A DNA stretch of 52,423 nucleotides from Hyphochytrium catenoides (lineage: Eukaryota; Protista; Hyphochytriomycota), in NCBI GenBank assembly GCA_900088475.1, contig FLMG01000613.1, positions 1 to 52,423 on the forward strand, in the 5' to 3' direction. The translations under genes were made by a program, and so were the position numbers. Numbering within the stretch: position 1 is the first letter of the stretch; every line of letters begins with the position of its first letter. The notes beneath the pieces were generated by a model, which was not told the DNA's origin, searched no databases, and was given only the letters and a program-made list of their open reading frames with translations. Of the stretch, positions 35,729 to 47,594 are shown piece by piece.

Positions 35729-37092
35729 GCGAGGATAGAAGGCGAGAGGAGGGATGGCAAAAGAAGCAATAGTAGAGGAGCCGAGCTCGAAGAATAGGCT
35801 TAGGAGTTTCTTCATCCCGCCAACCTCTTCTTCGTCCTTCGTCATCATCTAGCTTTCCCTGTTGTCTAGGTCTACTATTTATTCCCTTTTTCGATGTACT
35901 AGGATGCTTGTTAATAGCTCAGTCTAGTCTGCGTGTTGAATATATATATCTTTGTCTTGGGACATCACCTCTTTGGAGCTCGCTTTGTTGATCAATAGAA
36001 CGTCATCCTTGACGAAAGAACTGCCCTTCCAACCAACCAGTAGATTGATGATAAGCAAACAGCGCTATTATCAGAACGCTGGCAGCTACCGACAAGTCAC
36101 AGTCACTACCGCGCTCTCGCTGGCAAGTAGGCTGGTTGTTATCTATCTATCGCTCAGCATTATCACTACGCACCACCACCTTCCAGCACCAAAAGGCCCA
36201 GCAGCCAGCAAGCAACGAGGGAAGCGAGCAACAGCCCCTTAAGGCTAGCGAATGAAAGATTCTGATGAGCTAGCGAGCAAGATAACTTTTTCAGGACTAT
36301 GAGATGTAAGACCTCCTCGCAGTATAACTGCTCTACTATTCCGTTTGACCTTTTCGCGCTAGGCCTGCTGGCGAGACGGCTTTATGATGATGACTCTTTC
36401 CTTTGCTGGATAGTTGTTGGTGATGGTGTCAAGTCAACAGCGCAGTTGCTGCCATTCCCCTATATCATATGGGGAGACTTTTTCGCGGCAGAGAACGTAG
36501 TTGAAAGTAGGAAAGTGCTGCCTATCGTAATAAGAAGAACTGCTGCATGGGTCACGATGTCTCTTCTTGTCTTAGCAGGTTGTTCATGCGTAGAGGTCTC
36601 GTGGTCGTTTGAGCTCGCTAAAGAGTATGATGCGTGGTTTCCCTGCGTTGGGAAAACATCTACCTACCTACCTCGCAGGTGTTTGGCCCATCTTGGTCGA
36701 TGAAGACGATGATGACTGATGGATCTTCTGCAGAAATCTGAAGCGCTCTGACGGCGCGCCTGCCTGGCTGGAGCCATCGCCGCCGCTGCCGAGGTGAGAA
36801 CGGCCCAATAAATAAAGAGGGCCATTTGTTCAGGGGGAGGTCTGGGCGCAATCTTTGCTGGTGCTTTGATGTGGAGCTTGTTGTTCCCTCATTCTCACTC
36901 ATCAGCAGACGATCAGCGCGCGACCAAGTGAGTACCAAGCTCTACGTAGAGGTAGATTATTGCTCAGCCAGAGCCTCAGCAGGACGTGCTCATCGTCAGC
37001 CGCGTTATCTTAGGCAAACATCCTCTGTGGGGGTCCTAGCTTGCCTTGGTGCTTTCANNNNNNNNNNNNNNNNNNNNNNNNNNNNAAGCGTA

Positions 37093-39026
37093 ATGAACTT
37101 CTCCATAGGTGCAGCGCCTAAGAAGAAGTATGGACTGGTCAAGCCTGGAAAGAAGGTCTTAGGCTTCCTGAACGCCTTAGTTCGTCGATTTGTTGCCGTC
37201 CTTGCTCCGCCATGCCTCGGCTGATTGCTGCTTCCAGTCTTCGATTGTCTCTGAGCTATCCCTCTGTTCGCTTGCTCCTTTATCTTTCTCCCTGTTCTTC
37301 TGCCAGCCATCTTTCTTCGCCCCCTCTTACTTCTAATCATCCTTAGTATTACCGGCCTATCTCCTACGGCAGAATATATATATGCTTAATCGCTCTCGTC
37401 CTTTTCTACTGGCTTGACCAGGCGCCACCAGCATCTAGGCCAAGGTCTTCGTTGTTTGCTGGCGGTGCAGACGAAGAAGACGTAGACCAAGGCGTGTCCA
37501 ATCATGAGCTAGTAAACCGAGCCCTCCAGCAGTCAGCGCTGAAAAGCAGTCAAAAACAATTCGAAGAAGCTCAGAAAGCTCTCGCGGAGGACCCGACGGT
37601 TTATGATTATGATGGGGTCTACGACGACATACAGAGAGCGAGACAGAGTGAAAGAGAGCAGAGAGAGGCCGAGAAGGCCCAACCAAAGAAGGTGAGAGAT
37701 AAGCGTGAGCATCTCTGCATAGCAAGACTTCGCCTTGGTCAATTCTTACCCTAGTTTCTCTGCTTGCTTGCGTCTTGAGTCATTGCTCGTTAAAGGCTCC
37801 ATGTATGCCCATCCTACCTCACACACCGGGAAGCTGTGATGGAGGCATTGAGGCTACGTTTTGCTTCCTCTTGGGCCTTTCAATCTATCTCTTGTTCCGC
37901 GTACAGATCATGATGCTTGCCGGCTAACTATAGTTCCTTGATGGCCTTCCCCCTGCTTTGGTCTCGTGGTCTCACAAGTTATTTCCGACGTACTCTCCTC
38001 TCCTTTTCCGCACTTTCTCTCTATGGGGCTCCCTAGACCTCCAAATATATCAACACACTTATGGAGAAGGCAACCATCAGACAAAGGGAGATAGACAGAG
38101 CGAGAGAAAGGTAACTACCATGTCACTGTCACTTCTTTGGGCGACCCTACGTCCCTCATAACATATATCTCTCTCTCTTTCCTCTCTCTCGTCTCTACTA
38201 GGAAGCTTTTAAAGGAAAGACAGGCTGAGGACGACCTCTACGGTCAGAAGGACAAGTATGTGACAGCGGCGTACAAGAAAAAGCTGGAAGAAGATCGAAG
38301 ATGGGAAGCAGCAGGTAGCATTTGCATCAATCTTCCTCTTTCTCAGTCCTTTAGCCATTCCACGCCTACAATTTCTAACCAGTATGCAGTCTTTCGCCCT
38401 TATTTGCTTATGTTATGCTTGCCCGGAAGAGCGGGCCGTTTGACGTATATACCCTGAGCGAATAGCCTCTCTCAAGTTTACCTCCTCCTCCTTCCAACGA
38501 AATACCTTGTGACCTCTAACCTGCTCCATCACAACTAGATGCCAAGGAAGCTGCCAGGGAAGAAGCAGAAAGTGCAGCAAGACGTGGGACTATGTCGGGG
38601 TTTTACTCTAATCTACTCACTCGGAACATTGCAATGGGGAGCAACGTCAAAGACTCGGCTAAAAGTCTCTATACAGTGGGGAATCGTGCAGGAGAAGGTA
38701 CCACCTCATCAGACAAGGCCAAGGAGAAGCTGGCTAACGAGGGTGAGGCCAAGCAAGGAGACAGAAGAGAACGCGAAGGAAGTGGCAGGCCGGTCTCCCC
38801 ATCAGGTGAAGCACAAGACGTAGAGAAAAAGCGCAAAGTAGATGAGCTTGCTGAGAAGAAGGCAGAGAGAGATGAAGAGGAAAAAGCAGCCATGCCGCCA
38901 CCTACGGCTGAGGCAGCAGAAGAGGACGCGAAACGCAGGCAAGCCGAGGCTGAAGCGCTAGCCAAAAAGGAAAGAGAAGACAAGATTGCCGCCGCCAAGG
39001 CGCGATTCTTGGCCAGAAAAAAGTGA
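37093..39026 (+). CDS. NSRP1: Nuclear speckle splicing regulatory protein 1-like (CCDC55/DUF2040), 5 exons
   Basis: Exons 37093-37155, 37422-37691, 38037-38110, 38202-38314, 38539-39026. Family motifs KKYGL, ALAEDPTVYDYDGVYD, SKYINTLM, KDKYVTAAYKKKLEE, MSGFYSNLL and C-terminal AAKARFLARK. Confidence 0.88.
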
Positions 39027-39155
39027 GCAATCAGGAATAAAGAGATTAACCGGATTCGCTTTCTTGCACCGAGCTCCTCCTGGTGTGCGAGTCGAGTCTA
39101 TCCATAGGGAGGCAGCGACAAGAACAACGAAGAGGCATAAGAAGGGAGATTAGCT

Positions 39156-40113
39156 TTATTTCTCCGAGGCGTCCAATGTTTTCCTCAGCACATAGCAATC
39201 TGGAGGATCGATGCGCTTATAATAGTTGCTGATCGTCTCAGAGATTTGAAAGCCAAACTTCTCATAGAACTGGATGGCTTCACTGTTGCTGGTCTGTACG
39301 TGGAGGTAGACCTCCTCGATCTGAGAGTCCTTGGCTGCAGCCTTCAGGACGCTCTGCAGCAACCTGGAGCCTAATAAGAGGAGGAGAGGGGTAGAGGGCC
39401 AAGAAGGCTCAGCGCAAGTTTTCAAATGGGTACTTGGGACATTTTCCTTTCTCTTCGGTCAGATTATTGGGCTGTTAGGCTGAGTCTTACCAATTTGACT
39501 CCTGCGGTAGGCAGCAAGCACCCCGAGCGTCATGATGTACACTTTCTTCTTCCCGTTGGGCGCTGTTTCTATCCGACAGCACACTGCGCCAATCACTAAG
39601 CCATTGAAAAAAGCTATCGAAGAAGCAGAAGGATCAGTACGGGCACCAGCGACCTGATTAGGGAGAGTCTAAACCCAGGCAACAAGGAGGTTCAACCGTA
39701 GTGAAGTCAACGGAACGGGGGCAGCGACGCTAGAGAGCACAGGGGCAGTAAGGGCCCAAGGAAATGGAAGCAGTCCATAACCGCCCAGGCTAGTGGACAC
39801 ACGGTGAAGACAAGTTGAGACGAAGAAAGGAGGAAGAGGTAGCGATAGGCTTCGTCCTACCGAACTTGGTGTAGTCCTCGGACGTAGCCAGGATGTCAGT
39901 GTAGAACTTATCGTTATACCGAACAGGGAAAATCGCGGTATTCAACTTCCTGAGCTGTCCTACATTGTTCTCATTGATCGGGCCGAAGGAGATAGGAAGA
40001 CTAGGCGTCGAGGAGTTTCCTGGTACAAAGGCAACAGCCAGCTTGAGACTCTAAGGAAATTTGCTCTCCTCTGCTTTGTCCTTACCTTCTGTGGTTTCGG
40101 CCATCATGCCCAT
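39156..40113 (-). CDS. NAA50: N-alpha-acetyltransferase 50 (NatE catalytic subunit, GNAT), 4 exons
   Basis: Spliced product contains NVGQLRKLNTAIFPVRYNDKFY, IGAVCCRIE, VYIMTLGVLAAYRR, VYLHVQTSN, FYEKFGF and NYYKRIDPPDCYVL. The start could be any of three closely spaced ATGs. Confidence 0.93.
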
Positions 40114-41289
40114 CGTCCGCTACTAGCAAATCTAGCGTCTTTCTAGCGTTGCAGGGCTAGATGATCCCCGTCTTGAGAAAGCCTGGCAAAGTAAAACTCC
40201 TCGAGGGACAAGCAGCAGACGAGGAGAAGGGCCCTTGAGTACGTACACTTCAAGGCCAAGATGAGGAGTGATGCAATGAAAAACTGCTTCCTTTTGACAG
40301 AAAGGGAAGGAAAGCTTGCCAGCTGTTCAACATCTGGAGCTGCTTCAACACTCTTCAATCCTGGCCGCGCTGGCCGCGGCCGCCTGCTTCCCTCGCCACA
40401 GCGCTTACAGAGCCTGACACTCTGTCTCCCCCTCCCAACCCAGCGGACCAGATACAAAGCTCCCGTTCCCGCGTAAACAGAGCCTCACCACTCGTCCCCG
40501 CGCTGAATCTTTCCAATTCACCTGAAGCTATCCATTTATTCAGAAATACCTCATCTCAACCAAAGCTGCCCAGTCTCGTTTGTTTCGTTGCATGAAACCT
40601 ATTATAGTTTGCATGTAGCGTACAGATTCTGATGTTCAAAGTTCATGTTGATGGTCTGATGCTTCTCCGATCCTCAGGAGCTCAGAAGTCGAAGGGTTGC
40701 CGACCAGCTTGGGGTCTCTTCAGTCGGCGGCGGCTGCCACAATGGCGCAATGGCTGGTGCATTCTAGGAGTAGATCAACCTCTGGTGAAGGTCCTTAGCA
40801 TCTGGAGTGTCGCGGTGGTAAAAGAATTGTGTTCGGCACAACTATATGGTCCGCACATGTGAGTCATGGCATAGAAGGAGGCCTCTCTTTTGGGAACAGC
40901 TCTACGGAGGACTAGTGCGATGGCACTGAAGCCCTGTAGGTGGCGCCCAGGATTCGTTTCAAAATCTATCTTGATGATTCATAAGCTTATGGGAAACACT
41001 AGCTTGCCAGCGATGGTGATCGGGATGACACTGAACAAAGGGGGCATATTAAGAACAAGGAGCGAGGGTCCGTTCCTCCAGCCTCCATAGTGATGATATC
41101 TTGACAAATGGTCAAGCTAGGTCCGGGCTGACTCGGAGCACTAAAGGCGCATCACCTAACTAAGAAGGTTCTTCAACTTCAACCCTCAAGAGGATAGACC
41201 ACGAGATTCAGTACCAAGCAGAACAATGGCAGTCCATCACTCATAGATATCTAACATAAAGTGAGAATAAATAACCTTTGTTTGCTCCT

Positions 41290-42438
41290 TCACGTGTCAA
41301 CTCGATGGCTGTCGTGAAGCACTTCCATGACGGTCATGACCCGCTGCCTATATTGTTCGTCCTCAGTCGCGTGCTTTGCGATGAGCTTGAACTTCTTCAT
41401 GAGTTCATCATAGATCCCAGACTTTCCCCTAGACGAAAGGGCTGCAGTATCTTCGATCTCCCGAACTACCTCTTCCTTGGATCGAGTCTTCAGGATACCC
41501 AGCTGATGATTGTGGCCATGACTAGGGACATCGTCAGCTTTGATAACCCATCCATCTGTGCCCTTTGCTCTCCATATCCGAGTCTTCCACTTGCAGCCGG
41601 TCTTTTTCGTGCCCTTGGTGGTGAGCTTGAGCTTGTGTGGATCACCCCAGCAGGAACATCGCAAAGTGATTATCGAGATCTTGTTGCCCTCACTGGACCG
41701 CCTTTCATGTCTCGTGCGGACGATTGCGAAGCCTTGCCTCGCCGCCCAGGTTCTAAGTGCAAGTATAGCCTCTTCCGACGAGTTCCATAGACCTCGAGGC
41801 ATCGGTATATTCGCATCTCGAGCGCGGCCCGCTGCCGGTATCGCTTCTCTCAGAAGGGGAAGTCTGGGATCTCTCTTATTAGGTTCCATGGAATGATTGT
41901 GGTCAAACTTGGGCATGTCAGTGGGGCGCAGTATCCATTCAGTTGCCCCCTGTGGTCTATGGACTTTCAGTCGCCACTGGCAGTTGCTCTTCTTACTCGG
42001 TCTTCGACCTACTCTTCCCAATTTATCGGCACTTCCGCCATGCTCACAGTGCAGATCTAAGGTGCAGAGCTTAGCACCCTCCGATTGACGCCGCGCTATG
42101 CGAGCTCTGCAAACCGAGAAGCCGATACCGCAAGCCCATGCGTTGATCTCGGCGGTAGCCTGCTCATCCGACTTCCAAGGTCCAGTTGGAATACCCTCAC
42201 AAAAGGCTGTCGACACCTGAGTTTCAGTTTCGTTATGCGGGGGAGCTGTGGAAGCCTCCGCCTCTTGTCTGGTGACTCCATCAGTGCTTGCTTGGGCTCC
42301 TTCAGTGATAATGGTCGTAGTGTCCTCTTGAATGACGTCGCGCTGGCTCGCAGGTATCTGTGACTTTTCCGGGGACTGCGACTCTGCCATGGAATGACTA
42401 ACTCCATTAGGCTTCCGGCGCGAGTTTCCACGTGGCAT
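41290..42438 (-). CDS. Protein with two tandem FAR1/AFT-like (WRKY-GCM1 fold) CCHH DNA-binding domains, Mutator-transposase related
   Basis: Two copies of the pattern W(A)xxxGF.....C...G.....KKxxCxW......W......HNH (AWACGIGFSV..LHCEHGG..KKSNCQWRL..DHNH and TWAARQGFAI..LRCSCWG..KKTGCKWKT..GHNH). The first in-frame ATG is at 42438. No DDE domain seen. Confidence 0.75.
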   Translation of the reverse strand: MPRGNSRRKPNGVSHSMAESQSPEKSQIPASQRDVIQEDTTTIITEGAQASTDGVTRQEAEASTAPPHNETETQVSTAFCEGIPTGPWKSDEQATAEINAWACGIGFSVCRARIARRQSEGAKLCTLDLHCEHGGSADKLGRVGRRPSKKSNCQWRLKVHRPQGATEWILRPTDMPKFDHNHSMEPNKRDPRLPLLREAIPAAGRARDANIPMPRGLWNSSEEAILALRTWAARQGFAIVRTRHERRSSEGNKISIITLRCSCWGDPHKLKLTTKGTKKTGCKWKTRIWRAKGTDGWVIKADDVPSHGHNHQLGILKTRSKEEVVREIEDTAALSSRGKSGIYDELMKKFKLIAKHATEDEQYRQRVMTVMEVLHDSHRVDT

Positions 42439-42792
42439 TGTCACTCCTTTATCGCGAGCCTGAGGACAAGCCGAGATGGAAGGACTCTTCAAGAGCCCTT
42501 TATAAGAGCTCTTCCCTGCAATGGCTGAGGCGAGGGAGAAGGATGATGCTGGGATTGAGCATCGCCTTGATCCTGATGTGGAGCTGTGATGTATGACTGT
42601 TTGATGTGAGCTTCTGATCTGCTGACCGCGGCCCGAGCCGCATCACCCGCGCTGCCGTAGACGCTTCACTAGACTCTCGCCAGCCACTATTACTTTACAT
42701 ATATACAGCATTTTCGGCCTTAGAGTCATTATGCTTCTATTACTACTGCTGTCGGTGCGTCTCAGCCGAATGGTACACCAGTTTTCTTAGTG

Positions 42793-42849
42793 TAACAAAG
42801 GTACAGATTGTGGATATATATAACAACGGTACAGATTGTGGATATATAT
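42793..42849. repeat. Two-copy tandem repeat with 28-bp period
   Basis: taacaa(a/c)ggtacagattgtggatatata occurs twice with one mismatch. Confidence 0.9.
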
Positions 42850-43343
42850 TAAAGTGTTGTTCCGGATAGAACGTATTACATTCCGGAGTATATCAAGTTA
42901 TCTCACGGTGTCCCTTGTCAGGAGCGTTCTCCATTGAAATTCTATAGAAAGCCCTGTGCGTTTGTCCCTTGAAGAAAGTCCAGAGCGCAAATGTGGCGCG
43001 GTACAGACAAAGGCTGTGTTATGGAGCTCATACATGTAGACGATAGAACTAACTTCATCTGCAATGGTCATTCGGAAGGCCCAGAACAGGAGCAGCTTTA
43101 TGAACGCCCATGGGTTGGGCTGTGTCACAGAGCGATAAGAACGTAGTGACAAGGCTTGCAACCTGCTCTGTTGCAAGTTAAAGGCCATACCTTCACAAAG
43201 CTCCGTGGAGGTGGGGACACCAAGAGATGGGCACTTGAGCTGTCAGAGAGAAGAGTGTTGCGCAAGGCTATCGCAAGATCTTTCTGACTCTTACGAAGAG
43301 CGTGACGATCGGAAGCAGTGCCATATAAGGTGGTGACCAATCA

Positions 43344-44037
43344 ATGGATACCGCAATGGATCAGGGTGGTCTCGGCGACGACATGGAGGACATGAGAGAG
43401 GTAAAACTCTTTCAGTACAACGAAGCGCTGTCACATGCAGTTCAATGCAAGGTACGGAACTCTATAGGTTCCTGGTGGCCCTTGACAACCACGCCATCCT
43501 TGAACTCACTAGGCTTTCTTTGCTGCATAGAATCCAGACTGCGAGGCGTTCGATCGACGGTGCCGGAAGGTGAAAGCTCATCTGATTCACATTTCAAAAT
43601 GTTACATGGCAAGGAGGAACACGCCAAACTTTAGAATGGATGCGTAAGTCTGACAAGCTGCTATCTTGCACTAGGTCGCTCCGATTCTGAACTTCTTCTG
43701 CTTTAGTTGCGCCGCCTGTGCGAAGACATGGGGTCTGCTATGCTTTCATGCTAAAAACTGCGCCACAGCCCTAGGCACAGGCTGTCATGTTCCCCAGTGT
43801 GACTACCTTCGGGCCAAAATCGCTCAGCACTCCGTCGCCACTGCTACAAGTGAGCTGACGCTGGGGGCTGACGGCTCTGTACAGATTCAGGATGCCGGTT
43901 TTGTAGATAGTTTAGAACGGCGACAGGCCTTGGCGAAACAGGCCAGGGAAGAGACAATGAAGATGATTTATGAGATTCGCGCTAAGAAGGCAGCCGCTGC
44001 GCAGCAGGGTTATCAAGCGGTGGACTGGATTGGGTGA
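43344..44037 (+). CDS. Small stand-alone TAZ zinc-finger protein (~183 aa, 3 exons)
   Basis: Exons 43344-43451, 43531-43643, 43707-44037, GT-AG and in phase. Product includes HAVQCKNPDC..RCRKVKAHLIHISKC..CAACAKTWGLLCFHAKNC..GCHVPQCDYLR, matching the His/Cys spacing of zf-TAZ. Confidence 0.85.
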
Positions 44038-44952
44038 CAGTCGTCACAACCCATGGATAAAACTCTCTAACTTATGCTTTCTTGGCAGCGAAGGAAAGTC
44101 GTAGTCTGAGGCTTACTAGCCAAGAAGACGTTACTCTTTTTGTGTTCCATGTCTAGTTCTGAGCTGTTCATAATGGACTTCAATGTGCTGCTGAGCTAGC
44201 AGCAGGTCTTTACCTGGAAGAGGTCAGCCGATGGGAAGAATGTGGTATGGAACAGCAGAGTACCTGTAGCGGTAGTGAGCTAATCAGCACATTGTTGCCT
44301 TACGTGACGCTGGTATGAAGAGAGGAAAGGCAACGTTTCCGATGCGTTGGTGTCGCCACTCCTCTCCGCGGAAGATGCAGTTGGCTAAAAGGGTGCAATA
44401 GATGTATCTCTTGTCAGGTCTTGGCAAGGATGTTGCTCTTCTCAATCAACAAACACTGGGATGATGGCACCACCTGGCCTTCTTCTCTAAAGCAATGAAA
44501 AAAAAACTGTTCGTTACTCTAAGGATTTACGCTCGTCACTCAGCTACCCATAAGGCCCATAGCAAGCCTTTCATAGTTATCTTCAAAATTGATAAACCGG
44601 GCCATCATCACCGAATCAGGCAGAATAAATCCATAACAAAACCCGGAAAAAGCCATAACAAATCTTGTAAATCTCATATAATATCGATAAATACTTTTAT
44701 GATTTTATTGTGGGACTAGTCTAGCCGTTAGCGGTTAGCCAGTTCTTGTGGTGGTCCTCTGTGGTTTGTGGTGGGGGCGGCGCTCCCAGTCCTTGTACAG
44801 CAGACACAGGGGCAAATCTTCGATCAGAAGCTGTGGGCTGCTCTTTCTGATCTGGAAAAGAGTTTTGGGCCTCTGTCATTGAGATCTGCGCTCAGCTCTA
44901 GCCTGTTATTTGTCAATATAAGTGTAGGAGGGATAGATCAGCTTGAGAAAAA

Positions 44953-47039
44953 ATGGCAGAAGAACCTGTTCAAGAAGGTGGGGAGATCAAGGAGGTACCC
45001 GGTGAGGAAGTAGAGCGGATTGAGTGCCGGTTCTATGAAAACCAGTTTCCTGAAGTCCATGAACTCGTTATGGTCAATGTCAAGGCTATTGCTGAAATGG
45101 GAGCTTACGTCTCCCTTCTTGAGTATAACAATATTGAGGTGAGAAGCGAGGTTACTGGGGGAATCAGCCGGACAAGAGCCACTGACCTCGCGCCCGTTGC
45201 TTAGGGTATGATCCTCCTGTCTGAGCTGTCGCGGCGTCGTATCCGGTCTATTAACAAGCTTATCCGCGTCGGCAAGAACGAGATTGTGATGGTTCTACGT
45301 GTGGACAAGGAAAAGGGCTATATTGATCTTTCAAAGAGACGAGTCTCTCCAGAAGACATAGCAAAGTGTGAAGAGAGATTTAATAAGGCGAAGACCGTAC
45401 ACAGGTATGTAGCGCGGCGCAATGGCACGGGAATGGAGTAAGCAAGATTATGCTCCAGAGAGACAGGCGTCTGTTTTTCGTTATTCGAACGGCGATGGGG
45501 TTGACATTTTCCTGGACGTTACTTGCAGTGTCCTGCGCCAGGCTGCACAAGCAACAGAGACGCCCTTGGAAGAGCTTTACCAGAAGGTTGGGTGGCCTTG
45601 CTATAAGAAGTTTAGGATCAACACAGATGACGATGAGCCAAACGCAAAGGTAAGAAGAGAAGATAGTTGTGGGCTGAAGCGAAGAGCATGTATGAAGGAG
45701 ACGAGCTATGGTCGCTTGCTGCATCAGCGCAGTCTTTGTCTGTCTATGGCGTTTGTCTCGCGTTCGCTCTGTGAGTTCTTGACCAGATCTCTTACTTTCC
45801 TCAACTCTGTCACTGAAACAGAAATGGCTGTTATTCAGAAGTGGCTGTTATCTTAATAAGACTGACAATATGTTCCTTCTGCACACAGCCCCAGTACATG
45901 CACGCTTACGATGTGTTCAAGATGTCTATTACCGATAAGAGCGTCTTTGACGGCTATGACCTAACCCAGGAGGAGCTTGACGCACTTAGCAAGTTTATTT
46001 CAAGGAGAATGACGCCTCAGCCCATCAAGATCAGGGCAGATATCGAGGTAATCTAGCGCTTTTCTGTTCCTAAGGGCCCTGTTGGTGCTCATCTCTACTC
46101 GTTATCCTCCACTCGTCCTGGGACTTGTATGGTCTGACAGAGCGGCCTCCTTTTGAGGCTCAGCACTCTCAGTATGCTGCTTTCCCCCATAAGCGCGGCG
46201 CCGCCTAGTCCTCAAGCAAAGCTCGTTCTTAACTGTCTTTATCTTTGGTGTTCCTCCTCCATTATATAACACTTGCAGGTCACTTGCTATAACTATGAGG
46301 GCATTGACGCCATCAAGGAGGCCCTCTCAAAGGGAGAGAACGTGGGCTCAGACGACTCACCTGTCAAGATCAAGCTGATCGCGCCTCCTCTGTAAGTTAT
46401 CTGTTCTTCTTGATACAGAATTCTATATTATCCGGGTTTAAGGCGGTGTTGGGCAAGAGGAGAGCCAGTCGAAGGGCTATCGGAGAATAGGGGACGAGGC
46501 GGAGGGCTAAGTTTAAGAAAGTGCCATCGCCCTGACTCGATACTCTTAGGCGAGAGGAGCTGACTTTCTGACTGTTCTCTAACCCTCATGCCTCTTTCCA
46601 TCATCAGATATGTGATGACCATCAACACCCTGGACAAGCAGAAGGGCTTAGACACTCTAACACAGGGCATTGAGGTCATCCGTGAGAGCATCACGGCAAA
46701 GGGAGGAAGCCTCGTGGTGAAGATGGAACCTAAGGTGGTTAGCCAACACGAGGAGAGAGAGCTCTCTCAGATGATGGAGAGGTAAGTTAGAACTTAAAGG
46801 TTTTCCGTTCCCTACTTGCTCCTATCACTCACCGCTAAGGCACCATAGAATGCTAGCTATTTTCTGCATCTTCTCTGAGCATGCTAATCTTCTCATCCAT
46901 ATTTGTCTGCCTTGTGTCCTCGGCTTCCTAGCATCTCTTTTCTCATCTTTAGTATCTTGTCATCTTACCCTTTGTCCCTGAAATTAGGCTACAGATGGAG
47001 AACCGCGAGGTGGACGGTGATGCTCCTGAGGAAGACTAA
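44953..47039 (+). CDS. EIF2S1: Eukaryotic translation initiation factor 2 subunit alpha, 7 exons
   Basis: Exons 44953-45138, 45205-45404, 45529-45649, 45889-46047, 46279-46391, 46608-46781, 46988-47039. Motifs [48 protein letters not shown] (Ser51-equivalent codon at 45229-45231), [36 protein letters not shown]. Confidence 0.97.
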
Positions 47040-47594
47040 TCTTATTCCCGCAGAATCAAAAAGTTTCATTTCTTCAGGGCTGAGCCCTAGCTTCCCCTCT
47101 CTCACTAGAAATAAACAATGCAGCTTCGAACACGTCCAAAGCAGTTCTCAGACAACTAAAATGGTCTCTTTTAATGCACTTGACCCCTGGCGATGGCAAG
47201 CAGGAACTCATTCACAGACCTGTCCTTTCTTTCTCTAAGCTACGGTTTACGGGCGTACTCCTTACTGTGGCAGGAGGGGCCGCTCAGGAGAAGTTGTCAG
47301 GGTAGTTGCAGGAGAAGTGAGAATTTTTGAGCCGCAGGACTTGGATGGCAAGCAGGAAGATAGATGTCCTTCTCCAAGAGTGCGGATCCTCTTCATATCG
47401 CCCATCGTTAGGAAACTTCTAAGCTAGATTAGACTTAGCGCTCTTCTTGCTGTGCTATAGGTGGCTAGAAGAGGCTCCCTTGTACGAGCCACCGCAATGT
47501 TTATTGTGCAAAGGCTGCGGTCGGGCAATATAATCCAAGCGGGCCAAGAAAGAGATCTAGAAGGCGAAGAGATGGATAATAGGATTGAAGCAAT

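Noticed and set aside
42793-42849. 28-bp direct repeat as a CRISPR array
   Set aside because: Only two abutting copies, no spacers, no cas genes, and a eukaryotic context.
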